Of a stretch of 64,000 bases of DNA, positions 1 through 8,970 are shown piece after piece (within the stretch, counting starts at the first letter, position 1; every line of letters begins with the position of its first letter). Source of the DNA: an uncultured Alphaproteobacteria bacterium (lineage in GTDB: Bacteria > Pseudomonadota > Alphaproteobacteria > RF32 > CAG-239); assembly GCA_944390275.1 (NCBI GenBank), contig CALXPL010000004.1:29139-93138 (forward strand), read 5' to 3'. Both the position numbers and the translations under genes were made by a program. The notes beneath the pieces are model-generated. The model was not told the DNA's origin and did no database searches. It saw nothing but the letters and a program-made list of their open reading frames with translations.

Positions 1-132
1 CCGGAAGATATTCAAGCCGTAATTTATGATATTTTAAGACATCGTATCATTTTAACGTTTGAAGCACAAGCCGAAGGCGTAAGCACGGATGACGTCATTG
101 CTAATTTAATAAGACAGGTTCCGCTGCCATAA
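1..132 (+). CDS. MoxR-like AAA+ ATPase, C-terminal fragment (the gene starts upstream of the window)
   Basis: Frame 1 reads ...PEDIQAVIYDILRHRIILTFEAQAEGVSTDDVIANLIRQVPLP*, a typical MoxR C-terminus. A DUF58 gene follows it, the classic MoxR–DUF58 pairing. Confidence 0.6.
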   Translation, partial: PEDIQAVIYDILRHRIILTFEAQAEGVSTDDVIANLIRQVPLP

Positions 133-150
133 AGCAAGGGGAAACAGACA

Positions 151-1104
151 ATGAAATTTCGCCTGTTTAAGAGCAAACTATTTGCCAAAACTCCTGAAAT
201 ACAAACGGGAGGAGGTCTTTTTGCAACAACGGAAGAATTAATCGAACAAAAGCGTTATATTGCCTACTTAAAAAATTTTCATCATAAAATGGCCAGCAGT
301 CACCAAGCCGGAGATGTAAAATCGGCATTTAAGGGGAGGGGGATAGAGTTGGAAGAAATTCGCCCCTATAATTACGGAGATGATATAAGGGATATGGATT
401 GGCGAGTTACGGCACGAAAACAGACCCCTTATACACGTCTTTATGCGGAAGAAAAAGACCGAGAGGTATATGCGTTGATAGATTTATCACCGCAAATGGT
501 TTTTGGCACGCGCAAGGAGTTAAAATCGGTTTCAGCCGCCAAAATAGCCGCTTTGTTGGGATGGCTCAGTATGGAAAACAAGGATAGGTTTGGGGTAGGC
601 GTTTATGATGGAGAAAAGATAGAAATAAGCAAGTCGGGTAACAGCCGAGCCAATTTAATCGCAATGTTGAAAAAAATAGCAGCAACCAGCAAAAAGATAA
701 TAGAAAACAAGGTGGTAGAAAAAGAAAGTTTAGCCAAAGCAATAACATTATTAAGCAACCGACTTAAAAATCAGGCGACGGTATTTGTAATCAGCGATTT
801 TGTGCATTTTGATGAAATACAGAAAAAAGCTCTGGCACAGTTGGCCCGTAAGAGTCGCGTTTGGTGTGTAAATATATTTGATGTTCTAGAAGAAAAAGCA
901 CCGGTATCGGGAGAATATACTGCCGCCTCGTTACAAGGACAAAAAGTTTCATTCAATACGACAGACAAAGAATTTGTATCGGCATATGAAAGTTATTTCC
1001 GCAAGAAACGAGAGCAATTAAAATCATTTTGCCATTCATTTGGAATAAGATATGTCGAGATAAGGACGGATTTAGAACTTTATGAGCAACTAAAGGTAGT
1101 TTAG
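151..1104 (+). CDS. DUF58 (vWA-fold) protein, partner of the MoxR ATPase
   Basis: 317-aa ORF. The DIRDMDWRVTARKQTPYTRLY...VYALIDLSPQM motif matches the DUF58 signature. It lies directly downstream of the MoxR fragment. Confidence 0.75.
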   Translation: MKFRLFKSKLFAKTPEIQTGGGLFATTEELIEQKRYIAYLKNFHHKMASSHQAGDVKSAFKGRGIELEEIRPYNYGDDIRDMDWRVTARKQTPYTRLYAEEKDREVYALIDLSPQMVFGTRKELKSVSAAKIAALLGWLSMENKDRFGVGVYDGEKIEISKSGNSRANLIAMLKKIAATSKKIIENKVVEKESLAKAITLLSNRLKNQATVFVISDFVHFDEIQKKALAQLARKSRVWCVNIFDVLEEKAPVSGEYTAASLQGQKVSFNTTDKEFVSAYESYFRKKREQLKSFCHSFGIRYVEIRTDLELYEQLKVV

Positions 1105-1195
1105 AAAATTTGTATCTAAATCTTGACAAAAGAGAGAATAAGTGGTAAAAAGACAAGCATGAATTATTCTGTAACTATAATTTGGGAAGAGTAAA

Positions 1196-2158
1196 ATGGT
1201 AAAATCGAACGATAACAGCTCATATAAAAGAGGACAAGAATTATTGGATCAAGGTTTGTATGAAGAAGCCATACAACAATTTGATGAAGTATTAAAAGAA
1301 CAGCCTGACTCATGGAAGGCCATAAACAGCAAAGGTTTTGCTTATCAAAAGATGAGTAAATATACGGAAGCAGTAGAATGTTTTGACAAAGCCTTGCAGT
1401 TTAATCCGCAATCAGTAGAGGTCTTGAATAACAAAGGCGTTACACTGAGCATGAGAGGTTTGTATAAAGATGCGATATCTTGTTTTGATCAAGCCGTAGC
1501 AGTTGACGGCACCTCATTAGAAGCGTTAAACGGCAAAGCCATAGCTTTACAACATATGTTTTCCTATAAAGAAGCGTTAGATGTTTTGGAACAAGCAATG
1601 AAAATTGACCCGAAACACACGCAGACTCTTCTCAGCATAGCCGTAACGTTGCAGAAATTAAAACAATATGAAAGAGCCATTTCATTTTTCAAAAAAGTAT
1701 TAGCGAATGATAAAACCAACATCAAAGCATGGAACGGTGTTGGTGTTACCTATCAGTTGATGGGAGATAATAATTCCGCGTTGAAATGTTTTACCAAAAT
1801 ATTGAATATAAACAGCCATGAAATACAAGCATGGATAAGCATTGGCTTTGTATATCAAAAGATTGGTAAATTTAATGATGCGTTAAAATGTTATAAGAAA
1901 GCACAAATGGTCATAAATAACCGTTATCATCATAAATTATATGACGGATTGGCCAGCTGCCTTACAAAATTATCTGAATTTGACCAAGCGATAGAAGTTT
2001 ATAAACAAATCTTCCAAAAAGAGGAAGGAAAAAAGAAATGGGATGCGCAAAGGTCAATTAAGTTTGTCAATAAGTTAAAGCGCAAAAAAGCGGTTGGAAC
2101 TTTAACACCTCCGACGGGAGCAAGCTCAACGACAACGGAAGATGCTGGTATAGAGTAA
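1196..2158 (+). CDS. Tetratricopeptide-repeat (TPR) protein, a BatC-like member of the MoxR/DUF58 aerotolerance-type operon
   Basis: 320-aa ORF made of repeated 34-aa units with the TPR W/LG/Y/A/F/A/P pattern (AINSKGFAYQKMSKYTEAVECFDKALQFNP...). It follows the DUF58 gene at short spacing. Confidence 0.75.
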   Translation: MVKSNDNSSYKRGQELLDQGLYEEAIQQFDEVLKEQPDSWKAINSKGFAYQKMSKYTEAVECFDKALQFNPQSVEVLNNKGVTLSMRGLYKDAISCFDQAVAVDGTSLEALNGKAIALQHMFSYKEALDVLEQAMKIDPKHTQTLLSIAVTLQKLKQYERAISFFKKVLANDKTNIKAWNGVGVTYQLMGDNNSALKCFTKILNINSHEIQAWISIGFVYQKIGKFNDALKCYKKAQMVINNRYHHKLYDGLASCLTKLSEFDQAIEVYKQIFQKEEGKKKWDAQRSIKFVNKLKRKKAVGTLTPPTGASSTTTEDAGIE

Positions 2159-2163
2159 GAACA

Positions 2164-2195
2164 AGCCCCTTGTAAAAGCAAGGGGTTTTTGTTTG
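2164..2195 (+). terminator. Rho-independent terminator after the TPR gene
   Basis: agccccttg-taaaag-caaggggtt hairpin followed by ttttgtttg. Confidence 0.6.
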
Positions 2196-2258
2196 ACAAT
2201 TTAAACAAAAAAGACTATAAAAAAACAAATTTTTATTATTAACGCAAAATGAATTATT

Positions 2259-3041
2259 ATGGAATTAAAGTATGTAACATGTTCGGGTGCAAATGAGCAT
2301 ACGAATATTAAAGACATGATTGCTTTGAGTGAACAATTTCCCAAAGTAGAGTTTGGAATACAGGTTTCAGGCAAAAAATGCGGACAAGGCTCGGCAAGAG
2401 AGAGTTGGTTAAAGGAGTTAATTCAAGCGATTAAAAGAGAGCGTAAAAGTATTTTTTTAGCTTTGCATCTCAATCAGGATTGGGTAGAAAATTTCTGTGA
2501 GGGAAGAGTAACGCCGCAACTTTCAACATTTTTAACGGAGAAAGATTGGACAGGAAAACCAATATTTCAGCGAGTTCAACTCAATTTCAAAATAGGACGT
2601 GAAAAAATGCCGCAACTTGAAATGGTTGAAGAAATGATAAAGCGTTATTCCGAGATACGATTTATTTTGTCCGCGAGTGAAGCAAATAAAAACTTTATTC
2701 GAAAACTCTATCATAGAGGGCAGGTGAAATTTGATTGCTTATATGATGAATCTTTTGGAGAAGGGCAGCTGCCTTCGGATAGGAAATATCCTTTATTTGA
2801 TGACGTGTTACAAGGATATGCGGGAGGCTTATCGCCGGAAAATATTGAAAGAGAATTGGAAAAGATATCAGAAAAGCAACCGTATAATGGCAAGTTTTAC
2901 ATTGATGCCGAAGGCAAGCTCAAAGGAGAAAACGGCCGATTATCGCTAGAACGATGTGAACATTTCATACGAAGAGCGATAATATGGGAGCATATCATTA
3001 ATGAGCACAGCTTCTTTGAAGGAAAAAGAATCGTGAAGTAA
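2259..3041 (+). CDS. Hypothetical protein, 260 aa, possibly TIM-barrel-like
   Basis: Long ORF with coding-like composition. The YAGGLSPENI motif faintly recalls PRA isomerase-type barrels. No confident family assignment. Confidence 0.45.
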   Translation: MELKYVTCSGANEHTNIKDMIALSEQFPKVEFGIQVSGKKCGQGSARESWLKELIQAIKRERKSIFLALHLNQDWVENFCEGRVTPQLSTFLTEKDWTGKPIFQRVQLNFKIGREKMPQLEMVEEMIKRYSEIRFILSASEANKNFIRKLYHRGQVKFDCLYDESFGEGQLPSDRKYPLFDDVLQGYAGGLSPENIERELEKISEKQPYNGKFYIDAEGKLKGENGRLSLERCEHFIRRAIIWEHIINEHSFFEGKRIVK

Positions 3042-3054
3042 GTGCAATAAAAAA

Positions 3055-3092
3055 AAGTCCATAATTTGTAAAGCAATTATGGGCTTTTTTGT
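3055..3092 (+). terminator. Rho-independent terminator
   Basis: gtccataatt-tgtaaagc-aattatgggc hairpin followed by tttttt. Confidence 0.55.
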
Positions 3093-3154
3093 TATATAAG
3101 AAAAAAGGGACATAAAAAATGTCCCAATTAGATTTAGCGTTACCGCCGTGTGGT

Positions 3155-3173
3155 TGGTCGGGATGACTGGATT
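3155..3173. repeat. 19-bp copy of the 3' end of tRNA-Pro (tggtcgggatgactggatt); att-like relic at the left edge of the islet
   Basis: Exact match to nt 5781-5799, the 3' end of the tRNA-Pro gene including CCA. Similarity stops abruptly on both sides. Confidence 0.7.
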
Positions 3174-3290
3174 GTCTTGTTCGCAATGCTCACAGCGTCG
3201 TATCGTCGTTCGGGCTTTGCCCTCATCGGCATACTTTCGTCTGCCTCTCCTCCTAGTCGCCAGCTTCCTCGCTGCTTCGAATCAAACGCT

Positions 3291-3348
3291 TCGCGGTCTT
3301 TTAAAACAAAAAAACCGCCATAAAGGCAGTTTTTTGTTTTAATGGTCG
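3291..3348. repeat. 58-bp direct repeat, copy 1 (tcgcggtcttttaaaacaaaaaaaccgccataaaggcagttttttgttttaatggtcg)
   Basis: Identical 58-mer recurs at 5728-5785, abutting and overlapping the tRNA-Pro 3' end. It contains an imperfect hairpin flanked by A- and T-runs. Confidence 0.8.
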
Positions 3349-3470
3349 TGTATAAGGTACGAAAAGAACGACCACCCTTGATATCCGCCCCCATACCCCT
3401 AAAATTTTAAGCATCCGCACCCGTGGTTTGAGATAAAATCAGGGTTGTTTTATTACAATCTTAGAAAGAC

Positions 3471-3508
3471 TTGACATATTCTGTAATAGATAATATAATA
3501 TCTATTAT
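3471..3508 (+). promoter_or_regulatory. Consensus sigma-70 promoter TTGACA-17-TATAAT for hipBA, with an overlapping palindrome ATAATA-tc-TATTAT that is a probable HipB operator
   Basis: ttgaca at 3471-3476, a 17-nt spacer, tataat at 3494-3499. The inverted repeat ataatatctattat at 3495-3508 overlaps the -10 element and lies ~65 nt upstream of hipB. Confidence 0.6.
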
Positions 3509-3571
3509 ATGTGATTTTTGTCATTTGGAGATAATATATTGTCTTTTGTTCTAAAATCAACACAAGAAGTT

Positions 3572-3838
3572 ATGCAAGAGATTGCTGCACGAGTCAAGGC
3601 CATTCGCTTGGAGCAAAATCTTTCTCAGGAAGGTTTATCTTTGCGCTCGGGTGTGAGTTTGGGTAGCTTGAAACGTTTTGAACGCACCGGCGAAATATCG
3701 TTGAAATCTCTAATCGAGATTTCCGTAAGTTTGGGCGTTATGGAAGATTTTGACAAACTGTTTGTTAAAGATACGAATATTGAAAGCCTTTTTAATAAAA
3801 AAGAACCCAAAATCCGCAAAAGAGGGAGCGTCAAATGA
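3572..3838 (+). CDS. hipB: HipB-like XRE-family helix-turn-helix antitoxin
   Basis: 88 aa from ATG 3572 (MQEIAARVKAIRLEQNLSQEGLSLRSGVS...), a Cro/C1-type HTH. The ORF track starts at TTG 3518. The stop overlaps the hipA start (ATGA). Confidence 0.7.
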   Translation: MQEIAARVKAIRLEQNLSQEGLSLRSGVSLGSLKRFERTGEISLKSLIEISVSLGVMEDFDKLFVKDTNIESLFNKKEPKIRKRGSVK

Positions 3839-5016
3839 GATTGAATGTTTATTTGAATAGCTTTGGCAAGCGTAAATATGTCGGAGTTTTGGAAGAGGTC
3901 GGGCATCGCATCTTGTTTGAATATGCACCGGAGTTTATTGCGGAAAGAATAAATATTTCTCCGTTTATGTTGCCGCTTCAATCAGGCGTGTTTGAAGACA
4001 AGAAGCAAACTTTTGACGGTCTGTACGGCTTGTTTAACGATAGTCTGCCTGATGGCTGGGGCTGTTTGCTGCTTGATCGTGCCTTGCAGAAAAAAGGTTT
4101 ATCGTTACAACAAATCACGCCGCTAAAACGTCTATCCATCATCGGTCAAAATGCAATGGGGGCTTTGGAATACGAGCCGATAACCGAACACGAGGACGAG
4201 TTTATTGGCGGAATAGAACTGGATTCTCTTTGTGCCGAAGCCAATCGTATCTTGGAAGGAGAAAGTTCGGAAGTCTTAGAAAAACTCCTAACCTTAAATG
4301 GTTCCTCCGGAGGTGCCAGACCAAAAATCGTGGCTTTGGTTTCCGAAGATAAACAAAAAATTATTCATGGTAATGTGGCCAAAGAAGATTTTTCGCCTTG
4401 GATAATTAAATTCGCCTCTTCATTAGACGGTAAGGATATAGGTGCGCAAGAATATATTTATTCGCTGATTGCCAAGCAAGCCGGCGTCGAAATGCCAGAA
4501 ACATATCTGTTTCCTTCTAAAACTTCGGTTGGACATTTCGGGGTAAAAAGATTTGATAGAAACGGAACTCAAAAAATTCATGTCCATACGGCTTGCGGAT
4601 TGCTCCATGCCAGCCACAGATACGCCAGCATTGATTATTCGGACTTGTTAAAACTGACTTTTATATTAACCAAGGATATCAGGGAAGTGGAAAAAATGGT
4701 GCGCCTGATGATTTTTAATGTTAAATCGGGAAACAAAGATGACCATAGTAAAAACTTCTCATTTTTGCTGGATGAAAATAATAATTGGAAGCTAACGCCG
4801 GCTTATGACTTAACACCTTCGGAAGGGATAAACGGCGAACAAACGGCAATGGTCAATGCAAAAGGTAAAGACATTACAACGCAAGACTTTATCAAAACCG
4901 CTGAACCTTTTGGAATTGCAGCAAAAGAGACCATGGAAATCGTGGAACGAACCGAAGATGCTTTGTCTACCTATCCTAAATACGCCAAAGAATTTGGTGT
5001 AAATAAAAAGGGATAA
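3835..5016 (+). CDS. hipA: HipA-family serine/threonine kinase toxin
   Basis: 393 aa with HipA N-terminal and C-terminal domain signatures (SSGGARPKI..., DDHSKNFSFLL catalytic motif). Translationally coupled to hipB. Confidence 0.85.
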   Translation: MRLNVYLNSFGKRKYVGVLEEVGHRILFEYAPEFIAERINISPFMLPLQSGVFEDKKQTFDGLYGLFNDSLPDGWGCLLLDRALQKKGLSLQQITPLKRLSIIGQNAMGALEYEPITEHEDEFIGGIELDSLCAEANRILEGESSEVLEKLLTLNGSSGGARPKIVALVSEDKQKIIHGNVAKEDFSPWIIKFASSLDGKDIGAQEYIYSLIAKQAGVEMPETYLFPSKTSVGHFGVKRFDRNGTQKIHVHTACGLLHASHRYASIDYSDLLKLTFILTKDIREVEKMVRLMIFNVKSGNKDDHSKNFSFLLDENNNWKLTPAYDLTPSEGINGEQTAMVNAKGKDITTQDFIKTAEPFGIAAKETMEIVERTEDALSTYPKYAKEFGVNKKG

Positions 5017-5413
5017 TGTTCAAAGATATCTTGAATGCTGAAACATCAACAGCATAAAAGCCAACAAATTTGTAAAATACATTTTATAAAAATGTAAAAA
5101 TATACAAAAGTGTAAAATGAATTTTACAAAATAATAGCAAACAAGGATACAACACTCATTAGACGAACTTTGAGTTGAATGTTGTGAAAATGTATATATA
5201 ATTAATGTTAACAACCTTGATATATTGAATTTTAAATAAGAATAATCGGTGTTTGCAAAGACTTATGGATAAAAAAATGACAACTCAAGCAGAAGAATAT
5301 ATAAAACGACTTAGAGATGAATATATTGATAATCAAAAAAGAGGCCAAGAGCGTGATTTGCTTATTCAAGAGAATAATATAGAAAAGGAACAAATAAAAG
5401 GTTAATCCCGAAA

Positions 5414-5641
5414 TTGTTGAAATTTATAGAATTACTCAAAAATTGCGGCTTTGAACTCTTCCGGAAACTCGGGCGAACGATAGAATATTGGCAGGAAGAA
5501 ATCGGGAGAATGTTTCGTTTTACAAGGAGTAACGGTATTACTGAAGGCTTCCACCGGAAAATGAAACTTATTCAACGGCGAGCGTACGGTTTTAGAAATT
5601 TTGAAAACTATCGCTTGCGTGTCCGTATTTTATGTGCTTAA
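5414..5641 (+). pseudogene. ISL3-family transposase, C-terminal remnant only
   Basis: The 75-aa ORF ...NGITEGFHRKMKLIQRRAYGFRNFENYRLRVRILCA matches the conserved C-terminus of ISL3 transposases. No N-terminal part and no inverted repeats were found. Confidence 0.6.
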
Positions 5642-5727
5642 TTTATTTCTACTTTGGTGTTTTGATTATGATATTTTTTTATAATTTTTACTCTCTGCCC
5701 CATACTTTGACGATGAACCGATGAACC

Positions 5728-5785
5728 TCGCGGTCTTTTAAAACAAAAAAACCGCCATAAAGGCAGTTTTTTGTTTTAATGGTCG
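5728..5785. repeat. 58-bp direct repeat, copy 2, fused to the tRNA-Pro 3' end
   Basis: Identical to 3291-3348. Its last 5 nt (ggtcg) belong to the tRNA acceptor end. Confidence 0.8.
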
Positions 5786-5857
5786 GGATGACTGGATTCG
5801 AACCAGCGACCACTTGCACCCCATGCAAATGCGCTACCAGGCTGCGCTACATCCCGA
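5781..5857 (-). tRNA. tRNA-Pro (anticodon GGG)
   Basis: The reverse complement folds as a cloverleaf: acceptor stem CGGGATG/CATCCCG, D-arm GCGC-AGCCTGGTA-GCGC, anticodon arm TTTGC-AT GGG GT-GCAAG, T-arm GCTGG-TTCGAAT-CCAGT, with CCA encoded. Confidence 0.85.
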
Positions 5858-5992
5858 AAACAGATAAGTTATAAAACGATATAAGAAGAAAAGCAAGAAC
5901 TTTTATCAAAAAAAAAGCAAATAAAATATTTATTGCATAATTCAAAAAGAGAATTTAACCTAAAGAAGGGAAGAAATTTCAAGGACAAAGCG

Positions 5993-7117
5993 ATGAATAA
6001 AATTTGTTTTCCGAACTATCAAAAAGGGTTAGTAAATTTAGCAAATTCACTACTTAAACATTTTGAATGTCCAACATATCATGAGAGTCTGGCAAGTTTG
6101 GATAAAATTTTGCAAGCAGAAAAGGCAAAAAATGTAATATTACTGGTATTAGATGGCATGGGAACAGATATGTTGCAACAAAATCTTTCCGCGACAAGTT
6201 TTCTCAGACGTCATCAAAAAGAAGAAATTTCCTCGGTTTATCCGCCCACAACCACCGCGGCTACAACCAGTATTTATAGCGGATTAACTCCCAAAGAGCA
6301 CGGTGCGGCGGGATGGCAATGCTATTTTAGGGAATGTGGCAAAAATGTAGAACTATTTTTAAATCGAGATTTCTATACGCAAAAGCCGGTAGAGATAAAT
6401 GTTTTTAAAGATATTTTACCTTACAAGAAATTATACGAGCAAATCAGAGAACAAGGCATCTACAAGGCTTATGGCGTTGCCGAACCTTGGGGAGACTTTG
6501 CAATAAAAAGTTTTGACTCTATTTGCGATAAAATTAAAGAATTAACGCATGAAGAAGGTAAAAAATTCATATTGAGTTATTATAAAGAACCCGATAGTAC
6601 CATGCATCGCACCGGCTGTTATAGTGAACGAACCAAAACGGTTATTAAAAGTTTGAATGACAAACTGGAGCAAGCGATAAGTGATTGGAAAGATAGTTTA
6701 TTAATTATTACGGCCGATCATGGTTTGTTAGATATAAAAGAAACGATAAAGCTCAATGAAATAGCTGAGTTGGATGAATGTTTGCGTCAACCTCCGGCAA
6801 TAGAACCGAGAACCGTGGCTTTTTATATCAAAGAAAATAAAAAAGCGCAATTTGCAAATTTATTTGAACAACGTTTTAAGGACGACTATAAACTGATGAC
6901 CGCAGAAGATTATATAAAAGACGGTTATATGGGAGAGGGGCAAGAGCATCCGAGATTACGAGGATTTTTAGGAGATTACATAGCCGTAGCCATAGGTGAA
7001 ATTATGCTGGATTACCAAACCAAGGATGGCGTAGAAAGCCCGAAATTTATCGCTCATCATGCCGGAATGACGGCAAAAGAAATGCGGGTTCCGCTCATTA
7101 CGGTCAGAACAAAATAA
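5993..7117 (+). CDS. Alkaline-phosphatase-superfamily metalloenzyme (phosphodiesterase/phosphomutase-like)
   Basis: VILLVLDGMGTDM and TTTAATTSIYSGLTP nucleophile regions plus IITADHGL are hallmark metal-ligand motifs of the AP superfamily. Start chosen at the ATG with an aagga RBS. The ORF track extends upstream to 5933. Confidence 0.55.
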   Translation: MNKICFPNYQKGLVNLANSLLKHFECPTYHESLASLDKILQAEKAKNVILLVLDGMGTDMLQQNLSATSFLRRHQKEEISSVYPPTTTAATTSIYSGLTPKEHGAAGWQCYFRECGKNVELFLNRDFYTQKPVEINVFKDILPYKKLYEQIREQGIYKAYGVAEPWGDFAIKSFDSICDKIKELTHEEGKKFILSYYKEPDSTMHRTGCYSERTKTVIKSLNDKLEQAISDWKDSLLIITADHGLLDIKETIKLNEIAELDECLRQPPAIEPRTVAFYIKENKKAQFANLFEQRFKDDYKLMTAEDYIKDGYMGEGQEHPRLRGFLGDYIAVAIGEIMLDYQTKDGVESPKFIAHHAGMTAKEMRVPLITVRTK

Positions 7118-7142
7118 AAAGCGGAAACTAATCCGCTTTTTC
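7118..7142. terminator. Bidirectional hairpin terminator between convergent genes
   Basis: aaagcgga-aactaa-tccgcttttt. The stop codon of the minus-strand EF-hand gene lies inside the stem. Confidence 0.55.
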
Positions 7143-7625
7143 TTCATCAATATTGGCAAAAGGAGAAGAATTTTCCTGAGGAGTCGTATTCTGTTTTAAG
7201 ACCTGAATATCTGAAGAATTTTTCGCTGAAGTTTCCGTATCAGAGGAAAAAGAGGCGGGAGCACTTTTTTGAATAAGATGGCGCATTTCAAGCCGTTTTT
7301 GATTAATTCTTTCCAAGAACTCGTTTTGAGAAACAATACCGTCATTATCTTTATCCATATCAAGAAAAGCCTTATCCATAATTTCACGACGTTTACGTTC
7401 GATTTCATCATTATAGGCTTTATATTCTTCTTGAGAAAGAGAACCATCATTATTGGCATCGATTTCCATAAATTTCTTGCGGAGCATATTCTGATAGCTG
7501 TTTTCCTCTTCATCGGCAACAGGAGAAGCCTCGGAAGAAGAAAGTTTTTGATTGTCTTGTGCAAGAACTTGAGAAGCTATTGTTAAAGCCAAAGAACAAC
7601 AAAATAAAAAACGAAAATTCATCAT
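7128..7625 (-). CDS. Secreted EF-hand calcium-binding protein
   Basis: Signal peptide MMNFRFLFCCSLALTIASQVLA. Two canonical EF-hand loops, DANNDGSLSQEE and DKDNDGIVSQNE. Acidic C-terminus. Confidence 0.7.
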   Translation of the reverse strand: MMNFRFLFCCSLALTIASQVLAQDNQKLSSSEASPVADEEENSYQNMLRKKFMEIDANNDGSLSQEEYKAYNDEIERKRREIMDKAFLDMDKDNDGIVSQNEFLERINQKRLEMRHLIQKSAPASFSSDTETSAKNSSDIQVLKQNTTPQENSSPFANIDEEKAD

Positions 7626-7679
7626 GATAAAAACTCCTTCGGATAAGAAAATATCTTAAAAAGATTTATAATCACTTAA

Positions 7680-8249
7680 TTAAGCCGATAAATGTTCGCA
7701 TAAAACTTTTATTCCCAAAGCAATCAGAATAAGACCTGCGGAGATTTCCATATATTTGGTTGGAAGTTTGCGAAAAGCCCGTGCCAAACGAAAAGCGGCA
7801 ATAGAGCTGATAAATGTAATAATTCCGATAAGGGAAGTGGCGAGTAAAATGTTAATTTTAACAAAGAACAAAGTTCCGCCCATGACGAAGGCATCAATAC
7901 TTGTCGCAATTCCGATAATCAATAAGATTTTGAAAGAAAGATTTTTATCCAGTTTTTTTGGATTATCGGAATTTTTGTTTTCCAAAGCGTCAGCAATAAC
8001 TTTAATTCCGAGAAAAAGGAAGACAAAGAACGCAATCCAGTGGTCAAAAGTAGCAACATATTTATAGATAGCTTTTGTTCCGTACCAACCGATAAGCGGC
8101 ATGATAAATTGCCCGCCGCTGGTACTGAGAGCAAGTTTAAGAGCAGACAAGTTGCGTTTCTTTTTGATGATAAGTCCATAAGAAAAAGAAACAACAAAAG
8201 CATCGACAGCGAGAGCCAAGGCAATAAGTATAATATCGAAAAGTAACAT
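7680..8249 (-). CDS. mntP: Manganese efflux pump MntP
   Basis: 189-aa, 6-TM protein with the conserved LALAVDAF and ATSIDAFVMG motifs of the MntP/YebN family. Confidence 0.8.
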   Translation of the reverse strand: MLLFDIILIALALAVDAFVVSFSYGLIIKKKRNLSALKLALSTSGGQFIMPLIGWYGTKAIYKYVATFDHWIAFFVFLFLGIKVIADALENKNSDNPKKLDKNLSFKILLIIGIATSIDAFVMGGTLFFVKINILLATSLIGIITFISSIAAFRLARAFRKLPTKYMEISAGLILIALGIKVLCEHLSA

Positions 8250-8425
8250 GATACCTCACAAATAAGATAAGTAACGATTAGCGAAGAAAAGGAAAAAAGT
8301 CAAAATAAAAAAGCAGGAATGTTACAAATTTGTTACAGAAATGTGTTGTTTTAAGTTAGAAAATATGATAAAATAAAAACATATTAAAAGATATAATTAT
8401 GTCAGAATAAAAAGGAGAATGCGCG

Positions 8426-8932
8426 ATGGTAGATGTAAAATATCAAACGCTCGGAGAAGCATTTTTAGAAGATCTTGAGTTAGCCAAAAAGACAAGGAAC
8501 TCATTGTTTGATTTTTTGATGAAAACAATTAAGAAAGACAATCCATCGGAAGGAATCCACAAAATAATAAAGAATCTGACAGACAGCGAAAGTTTAATCA
8601 ATTACTACGATGTTTTAGCTCGTTTACAAATAGAAAGAAATTCCAAAACAATAAACACGATAAGACGCCGCATGGAAGGCATGCATTCGCTTCAACATAA
8701 AGAAGATCCGGTTTATCAGAAAATATTGCAAAAGAAATTAAATATCTTATCGACCATGACAATAGGTTTAATGGATCATATTTATATGATAGCAAATTGT
8801 TACATAAGAGATAGGGGCTATGGAGACATTTATGACTTCAAAGATGAATTTCTTGCTTATGTCCATGGAGAAAGATATGGAAGTGCGCGAGAACTGCGTT
8901 ATACAGACCGAGATGTTATAGCAAGTTGTTAA
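8426..8932 (+). CDS. Hypothetical protein, 168 aa
   Basis: ORF with an aaggag RBS. No recognisable motifs. Confidence 0.4.
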   Translation: MVDVKYQTLGEAFLEDLELAKKTRNSLFDFLMKTIKKDNPSEGIHKIIKNLTDSESLINYYDVLARLQIERNSKTINTIRRRMEGMHSLQHKEDPVYQKILQKKLNILSTMTIGLMDHIYMIANCYIRDRGYGDIYDFKDEFLAYVHGERYGSARELRYTDRDVIASC

Positions 8933-8970
8933 AGAGAAAAAAACGGGAAAATATCCCGTTTTTTTTATGA

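Noticed and set aside
3107-3125. Perfect hairpin gggacat-aaaaa-atgtccc flanked by A-run and followed by aattag
   Set aside because: It would act as a terminator only for minus-strand transcription. No minus-strand gene reads into it. Possibly a relic of the islet boundary, left unannotated.
3280-3300. gcttcgaatc motif resembling a tRNA/tmRNA T-loop
   Set aside because: No flanking 5-bp T-stem, acceptor stem or tag-peptide reading frame could be built around it. Judged a chance occurrence.
3140-3394. ORFs of 84 aa (minus) and 64 aa (plus) over the islet's left border
   Set aside because: They span the tRNA-fragment and 58-bp direct-repeat sequences. The composition is non-coding-like and no RBS is present. 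Interpreted as att/junction DNA.
5020-5214. 64-aa minus-strand ORF in the spacer between hipA and the transposase remnant
   Set aside because: Extremely AT-rich and low-complexity (runs of aaaa/tttt). No RBS. Typical spurious ORF in an AT-rich intergenic region.
5266-5406. 46-aa ORF MDKKMTTQAEEYIKRLRDEYIDNQKRGQERDLLIQENNIEKEQIKG just upstream of the transposase fragment
   Set aside because: No RBS. Lys/Glu-rich as expected from AT-rich DNA. Possibly residual sequence of the degraded insertion element rather than a gene.
7196-7586. ORFs 7196-7564 (-) and 7269-7586 (+) overlapping the EF-hand gene
   Set aside because: Out-of-frame or antisense to a gene with clear motifs (signal peptide, two EF hands). 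They contain hydrophobic nonsense typical of shadow frames.
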